Shown: positions 39,601 through 50,313 of the stretch, one piece after another
Layout of the letters: each line of letters opens with the position of its first letter
Position numbering within the stretch: the first letter of the stretch is position 1
From: Lytechinus pictus
Lineage: Eukaryota
Direction of reading: 5' to 3'
NCBI RefSeq assembly: GCF_037042905.1
Contig: NC_087245.1
Coordinates: forward strand, 33,420,001-33,484,000
DNA length: 64,000 nucleotides
Made by a program: the position numbers and the translations under genes
The notes under the pieces: generated by a model
What the model was told of the DNA's origin: nothing
The model's database searches: none
What the model saw: only the letters and a program-made list of their open reading frames with translations

Positions 39601-42600
39601 ATCAAATTGTCTCTGGGTGGTTTGAATTTCTCGTCATCGGAAACTTCATTGACTGTTACTCCTTGCTATTGCCTCAGAAAAATCTTTGATGATTCTGCAC
39701 ACGGATGACTGTGATATAGTTGCTTCGTCTGCTTGCATCTTCTAAAAGGTACCTTTAATTATCGAATGATAAGTGATGTTATGTAATTGGTTTATTGATA
39801 TGAAAGCCAATTGATACTTTACCATTTACGTTTGCAAACATTGTGCTTCTGTTATGACCTGATGTTTAGGATGCACTGGAACTGCTTAAAGAGATTTTTC
39901 TTCGATTCATTAAAAAAAACTCTACTGCAATAACAATCCATGCAAAATGGAGAATATCTCTGTTAAGCTGAAATGACATACCAATATTTCTTTTTGGGTG
40001 GTTATAAATCACCCTTCATGATAATTTCCCACTTGAATATGACATATTTGTATTAAAAAATGTTGCTACATTGTAAAAAATTCGAGAAAAATAAAATCCC
40101 CACCTATTTCCAACCCAAAGGGTTACATGTTTCATTCCGACAAAAACCTTTCTGTTAAATACCCCCAACACTCCCCCTCCCCTGTAAGGGGTTACTAGTA
40201 CTCCTGGCTGAAAGCAGAAACAAAAATCATACAATTTGGATGATTAATAATGAATATTAGGTTTTGCATTAATTATTTCTGTGAAACATGTGCATGTTTT
40301 CATGAATATGCAAGAAATAGCCTGATGATGTCACATCCACACATTTTCCCCACATGAATGTACAAGGGTTCCATGATATTTGCTCTGGCTACAATTACTC
40401 AATGGAAAATCTGCATGCTAAGCAAAACATAAAACTTAATTTTCATGACTAGATACTTCCAATCCGCGATCCTTACATTATTCTGAACTCGCAATAACTA
40501 TCTTAAATATATAATCAGCAGTCAACCCCATTTTTACATTCCTGGAGGAAAAAAAATAATGATTATGATTTCAGATCACTAGAGAACAAGTGGGGATATG
40601 AATATTGCATATGAGATACACAGAACTGTTTCCCCCAAGTTATGTAAAACTTTAAAACTGAATCAATTCATAATTCTCCATCCAATATTGATGGTTTTTG
40701 CTAGTCGAATTGTTCTTTATCAAAATCTCATCATTTTTGGCCTGGAAAATCACTTTCATAGAACATAATTTGACCCCCCCCCAATTACCCTCTGCTTTCT
40801 AGTTCGCACATGAAAACTCACCAATGACATAAAACAAAGTCCTGTCAAAACCTGTAACATGACAGGCAATGTGTGGTTCTCTCTGTTGGTACCCCACTCT
40901 GAGAGGTTCATCCTCGTAGTATTCAAATGGATTCTTCCTGTCTCTTAATCTATGCTGTGGTCTTTCTATGTGTTGCTGAATCTGCATGGAAGTTAAAAGA
41001 TTGTGTTTAAGAGTCACCATGAATGGGCAATTTACTCTTTGAATTTCATTTAATTCAAAAGTGTTTAAAATGAGGAACAGAATGTGAAAGATTATACAGA
41101 AATCCTTAAAAAAAAATAGGATAAAAATTCTAATTGACATGAGTAGCTTTTCTATTTACCTACTTGTAAAAGTGAAGAAAAAAAAACCTGCCAATTGTTG
41201 CTGATCATCATCATTGATCAAACCACGCACGTCATAGAGATGCTTCTATGAAAACTGATTTACTGAATCACTTTCAATTGGCTTTAATAATGAAGGCAAG
41301 GCACTAATTTTATGAAACTTTGTTTACACAAATAGAGGTTATTGCTTGCGAGTGACTTTCGAATAACATATTTTCATGAATCTTCATCAAAGTCTCATTA
41401 AACCTTTTTTCTACCCCCCCCCCCGGCATTCATCAGACTGACAATGCTTTCTTTCTCTCTTTTGTTAAATAAATATTCAACAAAATGTCAGGATTAATTG
41501 GAGATCAACAAGCCTAGTGACCAGTAGACAAATATATATGTTAATAACACACAAGCAAGGTCCCCCCCCCCTCTTCTTTTTTGTCAATTACTATGACAAG
41601 AATGAAAAAGTAACATACATGTCACATGATACATTTACAATTACATGATGAATTCAAATCCCAGAAATAATATTTTATTAAAAAAGGCCATTTTAATGAC
41701 ATTTAATTTTTTTTAAATATGAATTGATAAGGCATACCTCACTCTCTTGCAAGACGGCACAGCAGTTCAAAATTGTGAGCCATGTTTGCTTTGTCTTGAT
41801 TGAGCACAATCTGCCGAGTATGTATGGTCTGTTGCTGATATGGAAGAAAAAAAATAATGAAAAAAATATTTATTCATCAATCATACTGCAATGTCAAGGT
41901 ATATCAAAGAAAAAAATAATAAAGCAGCTACAAATGTAGATTGATAAAATCCGCTGTTTCAGAGGAGTCGTTCAACATTTTCTGATTTTTTTTTGGTGGG
42001 ACGGGATGCTGCGGAGCCACATGAAATCTCAGGGGAGCATATCCCTGACAGAAATAAACCTATTTATCGGTCTACTACAAATGTAGAGGACTGAAGATCA
42101 AATGCACTTGTCTGTGGTCTCATGTGAATATAACATTGGGACTCCTTGTGAAAAAAAAATACTTGAAACAAAGAGGGTGGGGTAGAGTTTATAATAACCC
42201 TCAAAAGAGAGAATTTTCAAAGTTAGACCTCAGTTAGATCTACTCAAATAATCAATTAGGCCTAGGATTTCCATTATTTTTTAATGTTTTGACGACACCG
42301 TAAATCTATAAGTGATCGCAAATGCAATGCCGAAGGTCAGTAAAACTTAGTTTTAGTAAAAGTAAAATCAGCTCATTTATAGTTGTTGGAGTAAACAGCG
42401 GTGAGTGGAACCCAATCTTTATTAAATATTTTTTCAAAAAATAATTTAATCAGGGCTTGCCTTAGCCTTAAGTTAGAGTTGACCCTTATTAAAATATTTT
42501 TTTTACTCCAACGATGTTGTAGGACTAACTCTAACATGGCTACCAGGTAAGCTTCATAGCTTGACCATCTATCCAAGCCAAGACAAAGCCAGCCCAGAGT

Positions 42601-45600
42601 AGAATGTCTAAGTTAGACCGGCTCTGTATTGTAGTGTTTAAACAAAACTTATTTGTATTGCTGCTCTCCTGGACTTGCCTTGGCCTTGCTTCAGTCTCAG
42701 ATAAAATTAGATGCACAGTAGCTGTGTTGGCAGGGCCAGGAGGAGTGGCAGGGGTATCGTAGACAACAAAAATTCCATGAAAATCACTGCCTGACATAAC
42801 TAGCAAATAGTATCGACCTTTCAATCACGCCTACCTGGCATGTGTAGTGTACGCTAATTGCGTCTCGCACTGCAATGCTCATAGATATGAACGCACACAA
42901 AAGTACATGGCTGGGACTGAGCAGCTTAGAGACGCGACGATAACAATGATTCAGATACCATTTCAAGTTTTCGAGTATACCTTTTGGAAAGTTAAAGCTA
43001 TCAATAATAGTTACAGATGGAACTGAAGGCTCCGTCATGATTTAAGCTCCAAAAATTATGTAATTTACTCTTACGATCTCGGTCGAAGTCGTGAAATATG
43101 AAGCTTTAGATAAGCCGATCACACCGAATCTCGTCTCTGCCCAAAAAACTTTTTTTCTTGCAGCAAACTTTTCCGCAATCGAAATGCTGCTCTCTGATTG
43201 GTTAAAACAGTGGACTAACTTATAACCCACCGATTTAGTCCACTACCCCATATATAGAGCTGACTAAGTCGTGACGTCAAATGACGCGTTTTATACCCCG
43301 GTATAACTTTAGTCGACCTTTGTGAATCGCAAAAGTTAGCCCCTAGGTGCTAACTTTAGTCCATGGATTAAAATGACGTCAAATGACGTGTTTTATACCC
43401 CGGGTATAACTTTAGTCCACCTTTGTGAATTCGGGCCTATATGGTTCAGTCAAGTTGGTCCTTATTGTGAAATCTGTAAAAATTGAAATATTGTATAATT
43501 AAAACAATAAAAAACAAAAGAAATAGTGAGTGAGGGACATCATCGATTCTCTCATTTGCATGTGACTAAATTGTGCATATAACTATTTTGAGAAAAATAA
43601 GCGAAACTTTAAAATGTCGTAACTTTCTTATTTTACATCCGATTTTGATGAAATTTTCAGCATTATGCTTGTCCAATTTTTCTCTGTTGATTCAAATCAA
43701 CATTTTTATGAGGTGGACTTGACCTATAAGTATTTATATTATACAGTATTGGATGGCTCAGAATGGAATACCAGAAATATTCCAAGAGTTTGGGCAAATA
43801 TTCCAAGAATCGCAGATGAGTGGAATATTGGCCCTAACAAGTGGAATATTTCTGGTATCTCATGAAAGAAAGCCATCCGATATAATTATTATCATCTATC
43901 CCATCCATTTTTCACAAAATCGTAATTTATTGAAAAAAATCATCTCTATATGTCTCTATTTCATAAAACTTACACAAATATGGTTATTAGATCAATGTAA
44001 TTTCAGGTAACTTGTTTTTTTCTTCAATCATTTTATTAAAACTAGGGTGAGATATTCACATGTTTAAATGTTTTTTTTTCATCTGCAAGAGCAGTGCACA
44101 TTTTAGCTTGCATGCAGCTTGAGCGCCGTGATGAGCGAGTGCGACAGGCATTTTATTATGAAATACACTTTTTTGGGGAAAAATACACTTTTTTAAATCA
44201 CAGAATGCACTTTTTCATTCCCAGAGGTTGGCAGGTCTGCTAGCAATCAAAAAGAGGGATAAATTTGTTTAAACAAGTCATATGATCACTTATCGCATAA
44301 TGGCATCATCACTTCATAAGATCAAATAAGGTCGTTGACATGCGACTTGCATGTAGTTCATTATGATGCCATTTAGTGTCACTGTGCTCTTATGCTGCAC
44401 ACCGCATTGCTTTCATTGTTGTACGCGTTGTATAGTTTTCGCGCATGCGCACTATACTGTTGAAAATGCTCTCATTCAATAGCAAATTTTGTACAGGAGC
44501 CTATGGGATACTCTTTGGATTTCGATCATTCTAGGGATACGCTCTGATACTGCACAGGCGATTGATGCAGACCAAAATACGCGTTTTTAATGTATGGCTA
44601 AAATGCTCCATATTGATGATAATATTTGTTATATCCTACATAAATCACATCATGTATGCTGATTGGTTTAAATAGCATCATGTGACCAAACATATTCTCA
44701 CTATTTTGCAATGATGTTGCAAATGAAACGCCCTCTGAAGAAATATTACTATTCCGTGATGTCAATGATGGAATAGTGCACTATTCCATCATTGACGTCA
44801 CAGATCATTGGTAGAGATTGCACAATCTCTCGGGCGCAGGCACAAATCTACGTTCTGCTGAGGACGTAGCTTCAGGAAAAGTAGGTCAGTCAGAGCAGCG
44901 TGTTATCTATATTTTGGTTCAGATTAAATAAAGATGAACTACATGTACAAGAACTAGATTATCAAGATTTGTTGGTCTAACTTATTAAATGTAGGATATA
45001 AAACAAATATACCAGGATTTTATTTTGAAAGAGGGAATTATTAAAGTATATAGGGAAATACAAAATTACTATTTTTTGGGGGCTTTGCCCCTCGGGGAAA
45101 AATAGCAATGCCAGTCCAACCCCAGACGAATAATTCCCGCTATACTTACTCAAAGCCTGGTATATTTGTATATTATTTTTACTCAGTTATGCTTTGGGTT
45201 AGTTTGTCATAGCCATCACAGGTCGAAGTTTGCGGTTCACTCACAAGTTATATATTAGTGAGAAATTGGCCTCTAATAGACTTATGGGCCCTTTGTTTAG
45301 TATATCAAAGAGTATATCAAAGCCACTAGGCTCAGCACAGTGGATTGAACACGGCTTCAAGCGGATGGATCGTATAATGAATGCATGAAGACATATTTTG
45401 TTTGTTTTATGTAACACAAGGAAAACACCTTTAAACAAGAGGACAATATTGCTTAATGAATTTATCAGGATATTCTAATGTTGAGTTGTATGGATCAAAA
45501 AAAAGTTTTCCTTTGTCATATTTTAAAATTTTTTCATATTTTATTTTTCATCCAAGCTCCGTGCCACCTGTAACCTTGAACAAAGTTTCTTCAATGACTG

Positions 45601-48411
45601 GTTCACTGGACATCTTAATTTCCAGATTGAGCATCAGTAAGTTTCATCTCATTAACCCTTAGTCCCTATCTAGGCCGGGGTATTTTGGGAAATCATATGG
45701 CCCGGATGGGGGGGGGGGGACATACAAATATAAACAGATTAAGATTAAATATTTGTAAAATCGTGCATTTTACTAAGTGATTCTTAAATCTTTTGATATT
45801 ATTGATGTATATTGGTGCTTTTTTGAGAGGTAATAGATAAATATTGAATTTGAAAAAAAAAATCAACATTTTTAGCTCTTTCTCATGAAAACTGATAGGG
45901 AGATTCTTTTCGAAGTTTTAAGTGAAAGCCTCCATTGTCAGTACTGCTGTCGACATATGCCTTATTTTTTCATTTTTTTTTAGCTTTGCACAATTGTTAT
46001 TCATGTTGTCAAATGTATGTTCTGTTGCAGTTTGTTCCCAACGATGCCAAGACACAACTATCATAAAATTGCACCGCTGGTGAAGACTCTGTGTAAAAAG
46101 CATGGTATTGAGTACAAGTCCAAGACATTGCTACAGGGCTTTGCTGATATAGTCCGGTAATGATCTGAGATTTATATTTTACTTTCACCCACGTATTCTT
46201 AGAGATTACAAATTAGTTTTTTTTAATCAACTGAATTAAATTTTACAGTTGATTCAAGAGTAGTCGAAGGGGAAGCCAGCCTTGATCATAAAATGTTGTG
46301 TTGGAAAGGAGAAAGATAAATTAAACAGAATGGTGACAGTTTGAAAGAAATCGGAGAAGTAACAAGAAAGTTATGGCTGCTTTAAACTTGAGATCACTAA
46401 GTCTATGTGGATTTCAAAATGGCGACTGGGTAAGTAAATTACGACAGGGGGCAAGGACAACTTTCCGGTTTGCCATGTACCTAATTATCAGGAGTTAATA
46501 TTTTTCTCCTAAGTATTTATTCCCCTGGGGCAATTATCTAAATATAACCCAGGTAGTATATTGTTTTATAATTTGAAGTAAAACTTTTTGGAAAAATTCC
46601 ATTTTAGAAATGTTATGTATTGGAGTGCATGGAAGAGTGGTCCTAGCCCTACATCACTATGACATCACATATGCGGCCAATTTGAAGTCACCATGGGTAT
46701 AGTGATTACCAATGTCTGCAACTTTTAAACATTCATAACTTTCTTATTATTTGACCGATATTGTTTAACTTTTACCTATCAACTTGTCTGATTTTCTTTT
46801 TCCTCTGAATATAAGTTTTAGTTGGGTTGGATTCCACTTTAATGAATTTAATGAATTTGACTTCTATTGAAATCATCTCATGAAATGCAACTTGAAATGG
46901 TATGGCATTTATTGGGTCATGCTTCACAGTCACAAATACTGAATTGCACATGGATATAATATTAAGAAGTATGAGGATTTTGTCTGTAAGCAGAGAAAGA
47001 ATAAAATCTAAGAAAGCACATCCTGTTCTTTCTCCTATTGTAAATGGATGTTTCAATGCAGCTGGCTTCCTGTTACTTTTCACATTGCCTCCATAGCTTG
47101 AATCAAATAGGCATAACTTATGAAGTACTCTAGCTCTCTGTAGGCGGTGCTGCACCATCCCGAGTTTGCTCAATCTCGAGATTTTAGCCCGATCGGTCCT
47201 CTTCGCGATTAATCTCGAGATTGAAAAACCCCGTCTCCGCCATCGCAAGAAGAGCGATTCCTGCTCGAGCGAGGCATCGATGCATTATGGTCTGACGCCG
47301 TGAATAAATAATCCCGAGTGCGTCTGCACCTACGAATTAGCGCGCTATTTTGCAAATAATCCCAAGTTGACTTGGGATTGCAATCTTGAGATTAATCCTA
47401 CGAACTAGCGCGATAAATGCGTCTCCATTGCAAATAATCTCGAGATTGTTCAGATCGGGATAATTTGTTGGATCAGAAATAGCGCGCTAATTTGAAAACT
47501 CGGGATGATGCAGACGGCCCTTGTAGGCATAATTTGTAAACAGAGAAAGAATTAGTCTAAAAGAAAAGAAAGAGCAGGATAAGTACCCAGCCTGCTAATC
47601 CCTTCACTTTAGATTTATTGACTGCTATAATTTATAAGAGAAGAAAGAACAGGATGTGCTTTTGTGTACACAGGTTTAGTGCAGCTTGCCAATCCCTTTG
47701 CTGTAATTGTAATTGACTCTCACATTGCCTCAATGCATGAATCAAATAAAAACAGTGGTTCTAGAAAAATAGTGAACCCCACCAGAAAATGCTCACCTTC
47801 ATGCTGAGTGCTGAATGGAGACAACAACACTACAATGTTCGGCGAGCCCAGAGAAATAAATTTCATTGAATCTAATATTTTATCACCTGACTTCACAATT
47901 ACATATCTTAAACATGGCAGCACTTGAACGCTTGAAATATGTTAATTTTCTGGTGGGGTTCACAAATTTTTAGCACCATCGTATGTCTGAAGGCTCATCT
48001 GCCATTTTGAAAGCAAAACCTCGCGGATTAGTAGGTTTATTTATTTCATGATTATGAGAACTGTCTGCAAGAAAGCATTAATACTTATGGTGTGAAAACA
48101 AATATGAATTTCTATCACATCAAAGTATACATTGCTGACACATGAGCTGCGAAATATGAAGTATAAAATGCATTTTACTTACATTTACATTTATATTGGC
48201 TTATATATTCATATGTAATGAATTCTACACAATTATGCCATTAACCTGTGATGTATTTGATACATCCTGTATTAGATTGAAGTAATTTGTGGATGGTCCG
48301 TGTATATCATTAGCTTTCATTTCCGTTCTGTCTTTCAGGTCCCTCAAATCTTCTGGTGAGATTTGGTATGATGCCTACTACCATCTTCAAGATCAATATC
48401 CCGATGATTAA
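18443..48411 (+). CDS. FADS2: Front-end fatty acyl-CoA desaturase (FADS1/FADS2-like), 12 coding exons, 1362 nt, 453 aa
   Basis: join(18443-18670,19419-19565,25954-26100,28310-28411,29599-29658,30653-30779,31382-31458,33225-33322,34595-34691,45557-45636,46031-46156,48339-48411); all introns GT-AG and frame intact; cyt b5 HPGG plus HDLGH, HYQHH, QIEHH. Symbol denotes the family; regioselectivity cannot be read from sequence. Confidence 0.95.
19419..19565 (+). CDS. FADS2: Desaturase coding exon 2
   Basis: cag|EAFTAFHND...[12 protein letters not shown]|gtaggt. Confidence 0.95.
20364..21000. mobile_element. piggyBac-like non-autonomous element
   Basis: Right end ggttttaggg|ttaa; decayed left end ttag|ccttaaacc. 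Confidence 0.5.
21731..22255. mobile_element. Repeat with a ~180-bp terminal hairpin plus atatcctac/gtaggatat inverted motifs
   Basis: Palindrome 21731-21909 centred on gggc-gaa-gccc; homologous inverted copy at ~44625-45172. Confidence 0.7.
22527..22821 (+). mobile_element. tRNA-derived SINE
   Basis: A box tggcccagtgg, B box ggttcgaatccc, shared core cactcaacccaggtg..aatgggtacc, (TAT)n tail; several copies in window. Confidence 0.9.
23830..24019. repeat. Near-perfect ~190-bp palindrome
   Basis: Arms match as reverse complements apart from a few substitutions and one ~7-nt indel; centre tacatgtacac-c-gtgtacatgta. Confidence 0.92.
24503..25488. mobile_element. Tc1/mariner-like non-autonomous element
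   Basis: TIR cagtg(t/c)gtatcaaaaaaaagtttacact; TA on both flanks. Confidence 0.88.
25954..26100 (+). CDS. FADS2: Desaturase coding exon 3
   Basis: cag|[21 protein letters not shown]...GTLQ|gtatgg. Confidence 0.95.
27265..27320 (+). ncRNA. Minimal hammerhead-ribozyme-like motif, probable Penelope-like element remnant
   Basis: gcct-CCGACGA-a-gattct(gct)aggatc-GAAA-gc-TT-aggc: stem I, 6-bp stem II, palindromic AGCT stem III; U4 position is C; flanked by an attatatttt(t)gc duplication. Confidence 0.5.
28310..28411 (+). CDS. FADS2: Desaturase coding exon 4 (His box 1)
   Basis: cag|[23 protein letters not shown]...VK|gtaagt. Confidence 0.96.
28510..29280. mobile_element. Element with ~4 internal tandem ~160-bp units (Helentron/HINE-like)
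   Basis: Repeated tagttcatgaaacttggacata...aggtcacatga.caaggtcaaaggtca units; family assignment is inference. Confidence 0.7.
29599..29658 (+). CDS. FADS2: Desaturase coding exon 5 (His box 2)
   Basis: cag|[20 protein letters not shown]|gtatgt. Confidence 0.96.
30653..30779 (+). CDS. FADS2: Desaturase coding exon 6
   Basis: cag|MNKDPDV...[12 protein letters not shown]|gtaagt, ends phase 1. Confidence 0.95.
31382..31458 (+). CDS. FADS2: Desaturase coding exon 7
   Basis: tag|(I)[25 protein letters not shown]|gtgagt. Confidence 0.95.
31488..32060. mobile_element. TTAA-targeting Kolobok-like non-autonomous element
   Basis: ttaa|aggacatgtccacccc ... ggggtggact; same family as the 34742 and 37495 copies. 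Confidence 0.7.
33225..33322 (+). CDS. FADS2: Desaturase coding exon 8
   Basis: tag|[32 protein letters not shown](R)|gtttgt. Confidence 0.93.
33342..33625 (-). mobile_element. tRNA-derived SINE, diverged copy
   Basis: Reverse complement of the 22527 SINE including the (ATA)n tail. Confidence 0.8.
33823..34288. mobile_element. Palindromic Harbinger-like MITE interrupted by a SINE
   Basis: Removing the SINE restores a sequence homologous to 58101-58257. Confidence 0.75.
33838..34143 (+). mobile_element. Full-length tRNA-derived SINE
   Basis: tRNA-like head with A/B boxes, shared core, (TTA)n tail, TSD ttcata at 33832-33837 and 34144-34149. Confidence 0.9.
34595..34691 (+). CDS. FADS2: Desaturase coding exon 9
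   Basis: cag|[32 protein letters not shown]|gttagt. Confidence 0.96.
37495..37952. mobile_element. Kolobok-like element nested within the Harbinger element
   Basis: aggacaagtccacccc ... ggggaggacttgacct|ttaa. Confidence 0.8.
38718..38960. mobile_element. hAT-like MITE
   Basis: Ends cactagcgtaccta / taggtacgccacta; exact 8-bp TSD caaccaag at 38710-38717 and 38961-38968. Confidence 0.85.
38990..40981 (-). pseudogene. Spliced Harbinger (HARBI1-like) DDE transposase pseudogene
   Basis: Exon 40981-40822: [15 protein letters not shown] / [15 protein letters not shown] / FYVI(G). Exon 39752-39490: [30 protein letters not shown] / FPRVIGAID / [10 protein letters not shown]. Exon from 39104: YPLLPSLM. 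Motif order matches HARBI1-family transposases; stops and frameshifts present; AG/GT boundaries. Confidence 0.85.
44625..45172. mobile_element. Second, inverted copy of the hairpin-bearing repeat
   Basis: atatcctac...gtaggatat followed by a hairpin centred on ggggc-ttt-gcccc; homologous to 21731-22255. Confidence 0.7.
45557..45636 (+). CDS. FADS2: Desaturase coding exon 10 (His box 3, QIEHH)
   Basis: aag|[26 protein letters not shown](H)|gtaagt. Confidence 0.96.
46031..46156 (+). CDS. FADS2: Desaturase coding exon 11
   Basis: cag|[41 protein letters not shown](R)|gtaatg. Confidence 0.96.
46268..46838. mobile_element. Kolobok-like element, second family
   Basis: aggggaagccagcc ... gggttggattccact|ttaa imperfect TIR. 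Confidence 0.55.
47143..47520. mobile_element. CpG-rich MITE
   Basis: Inverted ends ctgcaccatcccgagttt / aaactcgggatgatgcag; internal aatctcgagatt palindromes. Confidence 0.75.
47753..47981. mobile_element. Tc1/mariner-like MITE
   Basis: Inverted ends containing gtgaaccccaccagaaaat / attttctggtggggttcac. Confidence 0.7.
48339..48411 (+). CDS. FADS2: Desaturase coding exon 12 (stop)
   Basis: cag|[23 protein letters not shown]. Confidence 0.95.
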
Positions 48412-49737
48412 CCCTCCACCTCTCATCCCCTGCTTACCCTGGATGGCTTACTCTGCTACATCTGTGTAGGATGGCATCAAAGGTGTTAAGTTGCATGATA
48501 AAGTTACCTAAACCTTGTAGGTAGTTGCTCTAATTGAGAAAAAAATATGTGATTTAAAAAAAAATGTACTAACTACTACGTATTGCTTTTATTTATGTTT
48601 AAATCCCTCTGCACACTATGAGGCCTCTTTCCTCATTATCAATTGATTTAGGAAGATTTTCATTTCTTCATCAAATGTTCCATAAGGAAAGAGGTGTGTT
48701 TCCTCTTTTATATAGTTGTGTCATTATGAATCCCTATATCTGATTATTGCAAACTTAATTGCAAGTCAATGAATATGAGCTTGGTCTCAGAAATATATTT
48801 TTATTAAATGTAGTTTCAGAGATATTCTGATATGAATCAAGCCATGATATTGTCGAATAGAGAGTAGTGCTTTTGCAAGGAATACCAAATCCAAGTTCTT
48901 AGGAACAGCACAGTGATTTTATATCATAATTTGATATGTGATATGCATAAACTGCATTATTATTACTATTATAATTATGATTTAAAGCTGATTATTTTCT
49001 GTTTATATATCCTGAAAGCATCCTTGAGTTGGATTTTCTTCTGACTTATGGCCTCAATCAAATGGAATATTAGTCTTATAGTAAATCATGTGATGAAATG
49101 ATGGGATTAAAAAAAAAAAAGGACGTGGCCTTGGACCTGTAACACAAAACTTAGCAACTGATCATAGAATGAAACTGTACAATTAATTTGCATTGACCAC
49201 TGTGTACTATCAATCATGGATATCAATCGTAGAATCAATTGATGATTTTGTGTTAGAGGACCCAGGTGATGTACAGGTCATGTGTAGTAGACAAAAACAT
49301 CTCTTGTGCTATGTAATCAAGATTATGTTGATTCATATTAAATTTTAGTCCATTCTTGCTTTAATATCGGGCTACTATGTATCCAGGCTCCTCTGTTATC
49401 TGGCCGCATCACCCAGTTCCATTGTCACTTTGCGTCGAATTCACTACATTTTCACCTGCTTATCTAATTTCTATCGTGAAATATTGGACTGATGATCCCC
49501 TCGAAACCCTGGCAGGGTCGTTTGTAGAAATGATGTTCCAAACTATTACTCTCACACACCCTGTATTAATATCAAAGATGCAATCAATTTTACTGTTTAC
49601 AATTAATCATAACTGTGAAGTCTATGACAGACCATATTTAGAAATTTACAATCGGTTGTAAGTATTATGTGTATCTCTTGATATGTTACACACCCTTCCT
49701 ATATTAATACAAATTGGTTCTGGTCCCATCAAAACCT

Positions 49738-49870
49738 GGGACCCGTAACACAAAGCTTAGCAATCGTCATAGAAGAAAATGTCTACGATTCATTGCACTG
49801 TCCACACTGTACAATCAATAGTGATAATCAAAAACACAATCAATCGTAAACCGTTGTGTTATCGGACCCA
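49738..49870. mobile_element. Short Harbinger-like MITE; related copies at ~49130-49265 and ~33684-33820
   Basis: gggacccgtaacacaa ... ttgtgttatcggaccc inverted ends. Confidence 0.6.
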
Positions 49871-50307
49871 GATAGCAAGATTGGATTTCATTTTCTCATT
49901 TTCTATTGTCTATTCAAGATCTATTGAATCTAAAACTTCACAAGAAGTAAACTGCATGTGTAATTGGTGATTATTGTGAAAAATTGTTTTGTATATTTGA
50001 TCATGTTGGTAAATCTTTTTAAAAGCAACTTGATTTGTGTGTTGTATGCATTCTATTTTTCTTTGAATAGCGAAGTGATGTCAAGTAACCCAAATAGCTT
50101 CAATTTCTTTGGATTTATTCTTCGAATGAAGTGCCATAATTCACAAAGGCTTTGAGTGCTGTGAAAAGTTTGTCTTGTAATTTTGTTTACTAATAGTTTG
50201 TCAAATGTCAAATTGAGAAAGATATGCAATCCTTATATATTAAAATCAACTGATGTACTTGTGGTACTTGCATGAACTATGTTTACTGTATATAATAGTA
50301 TTTTACA

Positions 50308-50313
50308 AATAAA
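50308..50313 (+). promoter_or_regulatory. Candidate polyadenylation signal of the desaturase
   Basis: aataaa followed by a GT-rich tract, ~1.9 kb after the stop; later candidates also exist. Confidence 0.35.

Larger units (their letters stand above)
35046..43437. mobile_element. 8.4-kb decayed PIF/Harbinger DNA transposon
   Basis: 35-bp TIR ggcccgaa(g/t)tcacaaaggt(t/g)gactaaagttatacc with 2 mismatches; 3-bp TSD tat/tat; subterminal gactaa/ttagtc repeats; internal HARBI1-like coding remnants. Confidence 0.9.
34742..43725. mobile_element. Kolobok-like element split by the Harbinger insertion (halves 34742-35045 and 43438-43725)
   Basis: ttaa|aggacaagtccacc ... ggtggacttgacct|ataa; joined halves resemble the uninterrupted copies at 31488 and 37495. 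Confidence 0.85.

Noticed and set aside
42540..43038. Short ORFs inside the right part of the Harbinger element as possible cargo genes
   Set aside because: No recognisable motif or convincing splice structure
46772..47248. 158-aa minus-strand ORF
   Set aside because: Runs across MITE and Kolobok-like repeats; no recognisable domain
49489..49519. Hammerhead core-like CTGATGA...GAAA-ccct-ggc-aggg-TC in the desaturase 3' region
   Set aside because: Stem III forms, but stems I and II cannot pair
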